64,000 nt of DNA from Candidatus Roizmanbacteria bacterium GW2011_GWC1_37_12. GTDB lineage: Bacteria; Patescibacteriota; Microgenomatia; UBA1406; GWC2-37-13. This document shows, piece after piece, positions 58,777 to 64,000 of this stretch. Under the pieces are notes generated by a model. The model worked only from the letters and a program-made list of their open reading frames with translations. It searched no databases and was not told the DNA's origin. Both the position numbers and the translations under genes were made by a program. Within the stretch, counting starts at the first letter, position 1. Each line of letters opens with the position of its first letter. The stretch spans positions 46,663 through 110,662 of the forward strand of contig LBST01000006.1 of the NCBI GenBank assembly GCA_000991135.1, given 5' to 3'.

Positions 58777-59687
58777 ACACTCTCTTACTTATAGATGGTA
58801 ACGCCATAATGCATCGCGCCTATCATGCTCTGCCTCCATTTAAAGCTGCGGATGGAACGCCAACCAATGTTGTTTATGGTTATCTTTCAATGCTCAATAA
58901 AGTCGTCGACGATTTTAAACCTGATTACTTAATTTCTTGTTTTGACACACCCAAACCTACCTTTCGAAATAAAGTTTTTAAAGACTATCAAATCCAAAGA
59001 CCAAAAATCGATGACGAATTTATTGTCCAGATCCCCTTGGTTAAACAAGCGCTTGATGAGGCCGGAATTATCAGGCTGGAAAAGGACGGATTTGAGGCCG
59101 ATGATTTAATCGGAACCATTAGCCAAATATTCGACGGAAATAAGTTTAGAGTTATTATCGTCTCCGGGGACAAAGATATTTTTCAACTGATTAACGATAA
59201 CATTTACGTCGCTGCCCCCCAGCTCGGACTTGCCAATATAAAAATTTTTGATAAGACCGAAGTCGAACAGAAACTTGACGTTTCCCCTGCTCAAATCGTC
59301 GATTACAAAGCTTTAGCCGGTGATCCTTCTGATAATTACCCTGGAGCCAAAGGAATCGGTCCAAAAACTGCTGCCAAGTTGATTCATCAATATGGGACAA
59401 TAGACAATATATATAAAAAACTTGATAAAATCGATTCGGAAAAAATTAAAACCATTCTTGAAAACGAAAAAGACAATGTTTTTGTTTCCAAAAAACTGGC
59501 GACGATACTAACGGATGTAGAAATAAGCCTCGATATAGAAAAATCGAAATTTAAAGGGTTTAACGAAAATCTCAAGCAGTTTTTGGAAAAATATCAAATG
59601 AATTCTTTGGTTAAGAGAATTTTTAATGAAAACGAAATAAAAGAAAAGGCAGAAAAACCAAAAAACAATCAAATTGGATTATTTTAA
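58773..59687 (+). CDS. Stand-alone 5'-3' exonuclease (Pol I N-terminal/FEN-like domain)
   Basis: LLLIDGNAIMHRAYHA, FEADDLIGT, SGDKDIFQL and the H3TH motif GIGPKTAAKL. Confidence 0.85.
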   Translation: MNTLLLIDGNAIMHRAYHALPPFKAADGTPTNVVYGYLSMLNKVVDDFKPDYLISCFDTPKPTFRNKVFKDYQIQRPKIDDEFIVQIPLVKQALDEAGIIRLEKDGFEADDLIGTISQIFDGNKFRVIIVSGDKDIFQLINDNIYVAAPQLGLANIKIFDKTEVEQKLDVSPAQIVDYKALAGDPSDNYPGAKGIGPKTAAKLIHQYGTIDNIYKKLDKIDSEKIKTILENEKDNVFVSKKLATILTDVEISLDIEKSKFKGFNENLKQFLEKYQMNSLVKRIFNENEIKEKAEKPKNNQIGLF

Positions 59688-59698
59688 CGGCCCCGCCT

Positions 59699-59739
59699 GT
59701 CATCCTGAGGAGTCCCGCTTAGCGGGACGACGAAGGATC
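59699..59739. repeat. Palindromic unit GTCATCCTGAGGAGTCCCGCTTAGCGGGACGACGAAGGATC
   Basis: A variant of the GTCAT...GATC unit type with an inner TCCCGC/GCGGGA hairpin. It abuts the glmS extended -10. Confidence 0.8.
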
Positions 59740-59748
59740 TGCTATAAT
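59740..59748 (+). promoter_or_regulatory. Extended -10 box TGCTATAAT, 6 nt upstream of the glmS ATG
   Basis: TG-C-TATAAT 59740-48; ATG at 59755. Confidence 0.5.
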
Positions 59749-59754
59749 TTTTGA

Positions 59755-61551
59755 ATGTGTGGAATTTTTGCTGTTGTTAATGATAAAACTAATAACGCTG
59801 CCCAAACCGTTCTGACCGGATTAAAAAAATTAGAATACCGCGGCTATGATTCCTGGGGAATCGCCATCAAATCTGCCCCTTCCACCTCCGAGGTGGATGG
59901 AGGCCAAAAATTAGTAATTGAGAAACATATTGGCAAAATCGGTGATGCTAAAACTAATCTACCAGCTGGTAACACCGCCATCGGCCACACTCGTTGGGCG
60001 ACACACGGCGGAGTCAGCGACGCCAATGCCCATCCTCACCTCGACTGCACTGGTAAGCTCGCCGTCATCCACAACGGGATTGTCGAAAATTATCTTGAAT
60101 TTAAGGAAGAATTAATTAAAAAGGGCCACCAGTTTTCTTCGGAAACCGATACCGAAATCATCGCCCATTTGGTTGAAGAAAAAATAAAAAGTCAACCGAT
60201 TACCCAAGCCGTATTTACAACTTTCAACTCGCTTATTGGTTCAAACGCTATAGGCGTTATCGACTTTGATTCGGAGACAATCATTGCCTGTCGAAACGGC
60301 TCTCCCCTAGTCGTCGGCGTCGACGAAAAAAACCAACAATACTTTTTGGGGAGCGATGTCCCCGCTTTTCTTAAATACACCAACAAGGTTCACTTCCTTG
60401 ATGATAGCGAAGCTGTTGTTATCACCAAAAAAGGAATAAGACTTTTTGATCTAAAAACAGGAAAAGAGAAAAAGCTTAGCATACAAAACCTTGATTGGAA
60501 GCTTGAAGACGCCGAAAAAGGCGGCTATCCCCATTTTTTGCTGAAAGAAATCATGGAGCAAAAAGAAACCATTGGTAAAACTGCCTCGATCAACGAAAAA
60601 GAAATCAAAGAACTAGCAAAACTTATCAAAGAAGGATATAAAACAATTCTGATCGGTTGCGGCACTGCTTCTTACTGTGCTTTGGCAGGAAAATATTTTT
60701 TAGCTAATGAGGGAATTATTTCACAAAATTATGGAGCTTATGAATATTTACCTTTTTCTAAATTTGCTGATAAAAAAACTTTGGTTATTGCCATTTCCCA
60801 GTCTGGGGAAACCGCCGATACTTTGATTGCAGTACGGGCCGCTAAAAAAAACAGGGCGAAAATCGTCGCTGTTGTCAATGCCCGCGGATCAACCCTCGAG
60901 CGAATGGCAGATATTGTTTTAGCAGTTTCCGCCGGTCCTGAAATAGCCGTTGTTTCCACTAAAGCATTTACTGCTCAATTGGCAACTTTATATTTACTAT
61001 CTAAAGCAGTTGAAAATAAATATGATGAAGGGAAAAAATTAATCAAAAATTTAAGCGAATCCCTAGATCAAATATTTACTGTTCAATCGATTAATCGATT
61101 GATAGATCTTGCAAAAAGCCTAATTGATAAGGAGCACATTTTTGTCATCGGAAAACATCTGAATTTTCCAGCTGCCATGGAATTTGCTCTGAAGATAAAA
61201 GAAACCTCATATCTTCACGCCGAAGCATTTGCCGCCGGCGAACTCAAACACGGAGTCATTACTCTTATCCAGAAAGAGACGCCTTGTTTTGTCTTGGCAT
61301 CGAAAGATGATGTTAAGGGAGAAATTCTTTCGTCAGCTGCTGAACTCAAGGCCCGCGGAGGAAGGATCATCGGCGTTGCTCCTTTTGAAAGCGCCGAATT
61401 TGACGAAGTCATAAAGACGCCTGACCTTGGCAACCTGACAATTTTTGCCAACGTCATCGTTGGTCAATTACTTGGTTATTACCTTGGTATCGGCCGCGGC
61501 GCCGACCCAGATAAACCTCGAAACCTCGCCAAAAGCGTCACAGTAAAATAG
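59755..61551 (+). CDS. glmS: Glutamine--fructose-6-phosphate aminotransferase
   Basis: N-terminal MCGIF nucleophile, two SIS domains and C-terminal NLAKSVTVK. Confidence 0.95.
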   Translation: MCGIFAVVNDKTNNAAQTVLTGLKKLEYRGYDSWGIAIKSAPSTSEVDGGQKLVIEKHIGKIGDAKTNLPAGNTAIGHTRWATHGGVSDANAHPHLDCTGKLAVIHNGIVENYLEFKEELIKKGHQFSSETDTEIIAHLVEEKIKSQPITQAVFTTFNSLIGSNAIGVIDFDSETIIACRNGSPLVVGVDEKNQQYFLGSDVPAFLKYTNKVHFLDDSEAVVITKKGIRLFDLKTGKEKKLSIQNLDWKLEDAEKGGYPHFLLKEIMEQKETIGKTASINEKEIKELAKLIKEGYKTILIGCGTASYCALAGKYFLANEGIISQNYGAYEYLPFSKFADKKTLVIAISQSGETADTLIAVRAAKKNRAKIVAVVNARGSTLERMADIVLAVSAGPEIAVVSTKAFTAQLATLYLLSKAVENKYDEGKKLIKNLSESLDQIFTVQSINRLIDLAKSLIDKEHIFVIGKHLNFPAAMEFALKIKETSYLHAEAFAAGELKHGVITLIQKETPCFVLASKDDVKGEILSSAAELKARGGRIIGVAPFESAEFDEVIKTPDLGNLTIFANVIVGQLLGYYLGIGRGADPDKPRNLAKSVTVK

Positions 61552-61565
61552 TAAAATAAAAGAAA

Positions 61566-62153
61566 GTGAAACTCTACGCAAATCTTTCCCGGAAAAAAAT
61601 AATCAGCATTTTGGCGATTCTTTTTATTTTGTTTCAATTGATATTAAACCGTAAATCTATCGATTTTAAATCTTTCTTTGTATCGCCAACTCCTTCACCA
61701 ACATGTACGGGTCAGGCATGCCTGACCCCTACAATTACGCTTTCCACAAAACAACTTATTAGGGTCGTTCGCGTCATTGACGGAGATACAATTGAGATTG
61801 AAGACGGGCAAAAAGTCCGTTACATCGGCATCAACTCTCCAGAACTTCATGACCCCAGGCGGCCGGTCGGGTGCTTTGCTAAACAATCTTATGAAGAAAA
61901 CAAAAAATTAGTGGAAGGCAAGACTATCACAATGGAAAGGGATATTTCCGAGACAGATAAATACAAAAGGCTCCTTCGCTACGTTTGGATAGGCGATGTA
62001 TTAGTCAACGATTATCTCGTTCGTCAAGGCTTTGCTTTAACTTCAACTTTTCCTCCGGATGTCAAATACGAAACGCAATTCCTTGAAGCCGAAACCGAAG
62101 CAAGAGAAAACAATCGCGGTCTTTGGTTTAGTTGCCCATCAAAGCAAAAATAG
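61566..62153 (+). CDS. Secreted thermonuclease (SNase) family protein
   Basis: N-terminal TM/signal segment, VIDGDTIE, RYIGINSPE and RYVW...VN..LV..G. GTG start. Confidence 0.8.
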   Translation: MKLYANLSRKKIISILAILFILFQLILNRKSIDFKSFFVSPTPSPTCTGQACLTPTITLSTKQLIRVVRVIDGDTIEIEDGQKVRYIGINSPELHDPRRPVGCFAKQSYEENKKLVEGKTITMERDISETDKYKRLLRYVWIGDVLVNDYLVRQGFALTSTFPPDVKYETQFLEAETEARENNRGLWFSCPSKQK

Positions 62154-62226
62154 GCGCGAAGATAAGAAGGAAGATAGAATCAAAGATCCATTCTGTTTCC
62201 AATCCGTCAACTAGAGCTTCTGCCAT

Positions 62227-62247
62227 GTTAGTATTAAAACTACTAAC
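62227..62247. terminator. Hairpin GTTAGTA-TTAAAAC-TACTAAC between convergent genes
   Basis: 7-bp stem. A second palindrome TTACTATATAGTAA lies at 62260-73. Confidence 0.3.
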
Positions 62248-62279
62248 ACCTGTATTATATTACTATATAGTAAGAAGAG

Positions 62280-63170
62280 TCAACTTTCCTTCGTCACCAA
62301 CCAAGCGCCTGACAAAATCAGGACCAGGCCAATAGCAAGATATATATTCAAGCGCTCTCCAAGAATAAAATAAGACCAAACCAAAGTCGAGGCTGGAAAA
62401 AGATACTGCATCAAAGAGGCGATAAGCGGTGTCCCTCTGTCGATAGCATATTGTTGTAAAAGATAGGCCATTACTGTTCCAATAGTGATTACATAAATCA
62501 CTGGCCACAGAACTGACGTATTCAAATAAAACATTAAGGGTCTAAGCGAAGAAAATTCATAAGGAATAAATATCAAACTTACTAAAGCTGTAGTCAAAAT
62601 AAAATAAATCGTCAACCAAATAGGAGAATAAGTTTTTAAAAATTTTTTAGACAAAACCGTATAGTAAGAATAGCCGATACAACCAACAAAAATTAATATG
62701 TTTCCAAATAGTGCGCCAGGTTCATCGCTAATCTTAATCGCTTTGGAAAAAAGCGGCATCATGATTATTAGATTGACTCCGAGAAAACCGATCATTATCC
62801 CCAATATTTTCTTAAAACTTATTTTTTCTTTTAAACTATAAAAAGACATTAATGCCACTAATATCGGGGTAAAAGAATAGATAATCTGACCAACTGAAGC
62901 CATTGTCAACCTTACACCAAATGCAAAAAGGATAATGTTTCCTGTTTGTAACAAAGATAAGGTGATTAACTTGAAATCATTTTTCTTAAATCTTGGTTTA
63001 ACTCGATATAAAAACAGTGGCAGAATTATTAAAAAAGAAAGAAAGAATCTGACAAAAGTAAAAGTAAAAGAGGGAATTTTCGTCAATGCCAGTTTGACAT
63101 AAGGCGACGTCCCACCGGAAAAAATAACAATAGCCAAAACCGCCAATAAAGCCTTAGTCTTATTATTCAT
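62280..63170 (-). CDS. EamA/DMT-family transporter
   Basis: 10-TM profile with the EamA repeat pattern. Confidence 0.75.
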   Translation of the reverse strand: MNNKTKALLAVLAIVIFSGGTSPYVKLALTKIPSFTFTFVRFFLSFLIILPLFLYRVKPRFKKNDFKLITLSLLQTGNIILFAFGVRLTMASVGQIIYSFTPILVALMSFYSLKEKISFKKILGIMIGFLGVNLIIMMPLFSKAIKISDEPGALFGNILIFVGCIGYSYYTVLSKKFLKTYSPIWLTIYFILTTALVSLIFIPYEFSSLRPLMFYLNTSVLWPVIYVITIGTVMAYLLQQYAIDRGTPLIASLMQYLFPASTLVWSYFILGERLNIYLAIGLVLILSGAWLVTKES

Positions 63171-63171
63171 A

Positions 63172-64000
63172 TCAGTTAGGATAGTGACAGCGTTTGTATT
63201 TCCTTCCGCTTCCGCACCAGCAGGGATCGTTACGTCCGATTTTATGGTGACTGGTTACTAGTGACTGGCTACTGGTTATTGGTTTGCCCGACGACTTGTC
63301 CTCCGTAGGCTTGCCGAAGGAGGAAGCCTTGGCGGAGTCGGGTGATTGGTTATTCTGGCTTTTAAACGGATCAACCTTAGATGCAGAATGCAAAACCATT
63401 TTTGGCTGCTCTTGTTTTTCGGGCGCAATAAATTGCGCCCCTACATCAACCTCAACCTTCAACAACCTTCGCGACACTTCAAAATTAATATCACCAATCA
63501 ATTTTTCAAACATCGAATAAGCCTCGTTTTTGTAAGCCACTAGCGGGTCTATCTGTGCATAACCGCGAAGATTTATCCCCTCCCTTAAATCCTCAATTGC
63601 CGTCAGATGATCCATCCAATACTTGTCAATCGTCGACAAAAAAACAGCCTTGATTATCTCTATCCATAGCTGTTTTCCTAGTTTTTTTTCTCTTGCTTTA
63701 AATTCTTCTCGGACTTTATCTTGAATCAACGTAATTGATTTAGGAGATCGAATCTCCTTTTCCGAAATCGGTAATATTAAATTCACTTCCTGGGCCAGCT
63801 TTTTAATATCTTCCTCTGTTAATCCTGCTTCGGATAATGAATAAGCATTAATTAGACTGCTTATTTCCTCATCAAATACTTCATAAACTGTATCATAAAA
63901 ATTTTTGTCTTCAGATCCGAAAAGGATTTTTTTCCTTAGAGAATAAACGATTTCTCTCTGCTTGTTTAGAACGTCATCGTAGTCAACTAAATGTTTTCTT
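63172..64000 (-). CDS. secA: Preprotein translocase SecA, C-terminal part (5' end outside window)
   Basis: The frame stays open to base 64000. Motifs: WMDHLTAIEDLREGINLRGYAQIDPL and the C-terminal zinc motif CWCGSGRKYKRCH. Confidence 0.85.
   Translation of the reverse strand, partial: RKHLVDYDDVLNKQREIVYSLRKKILFGSEDKNFYDTVYEVFDEEISSLINAYSLSEAGLTEEDIKKLAQEVNLILPISEKEIRSPKSITLIQDKVREEFKAREKKLGKQLWIEIIKAVFLSTIDKYWMDHLTAIEDLREGINLRGYAQIDPLVAYKNEAYSMFEKLIGDINFEVSRRLLKVEVDVGAQFIAPEKQEQPKMVLHSASKVDPFKSQNNQSPDSAKASSFGKPTEDKSSGKPITSSQSLVTSHHKIGRNDPCWCGSGRKYKRCHYPN

Noticed and set aside
59688-59754. glmS ribozyme or riboswitch upstream of glmS
   Set aside because: Only 67 nt are available. A palindromic repeat unit and an extended -10 box 6 nt from the ATG occupy them, leaving no room for the roughly 170-nt ribozyme and showing none of its conserved core.
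62132-62508. ORFs 62132-62335(+) and 62263-62508(-) near the SNase/EamA junction
   Set aside because: The first runs through the hairpin-rich convergent spacer. The second is an alternative frame of the EamA transporter gene. Neither has a motif or start signal.
1-64000. Looked for prophage, integrase, restriction-modification, reverse transcriptase (retron or DGR), cas, toxin-antitoxin pairs, rRNA, tmRNA or RNase P
   Set aside because: None of the translated ORFs shows the corresponding signature motifs. No intergenic region is long or structured enough for rRNA, tmRNA or RNase P. Only one tRNA was found.

Overview
This is a gene-dense, AT-rich bacterial chromosome segment. Its gene content looks like a reduced CPR/Patescibacteria-type genome: TrpB2 without TrpA, an archaeal-type AMP phosphorylase, a FemAB-like transferase, 2-oxoacid:ferredoxin oxidoreductase, the SUF system, and Y1-transposase-like, GIY-YIG and four-helix-bundle genes. 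That placement is inference only, because no search was possible. About 60 protein genes and one tRNA(CAT) are supported. The backbone comprises murJ, mltG, ftsK, pnp-rpsO, metG, a class A PBP, rarA, lon, korAB, sufS-sufU, Rrf2-sufCBD, tsaD plus a tsaC-tsaE fusion, ftsH, a 5'-3' exonuclease, glmS and secA, plus an envelope glycosylation cluster at 29.8-37 kb. Three accessory operons stand out. (1) 13.3-20.8 kb: a YerC/TrpR-like gene with a TrpR-style CTAG operator, a 16-codon Trp-rich leader peptide with terminator/antiterminator, an orphan trpB2, four unassigned genes, and a TrpRS carrying an N-terminal YbaK-like domain. (2) 23.5-28.8 kb: a second YerC/TrpR-like gene lies divergent from a His-His leader ORF with an attenuator-like structure. 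The operon behind it encodes histidine-ammonia-lyase-like, threonine-synthase-like, frameshifted HisRS-like and M20 hydrolase genes. (3) 49.3-54.4 kb on the minus strand: a near-consensus promoter drives a divergent class-III aminotransferase-like gene, a GNAT, an OSBS/N-acylamino-acid racemase and a paralogous M20 hydrolase. The window also holds at least five families of short palindromic repeats. Several sit in frame inside essential genes: tsaD twice, tsaC-tsaE twice, korA, the femAB-like gene and the sufD 3' end. Many genes look leaderless, with a -10 box (some in the extended TGn form) 6-8 nt before the ATG. All functional calls rest on motifs recognised by eye in the supplied translations; no database search or folding computation was run.
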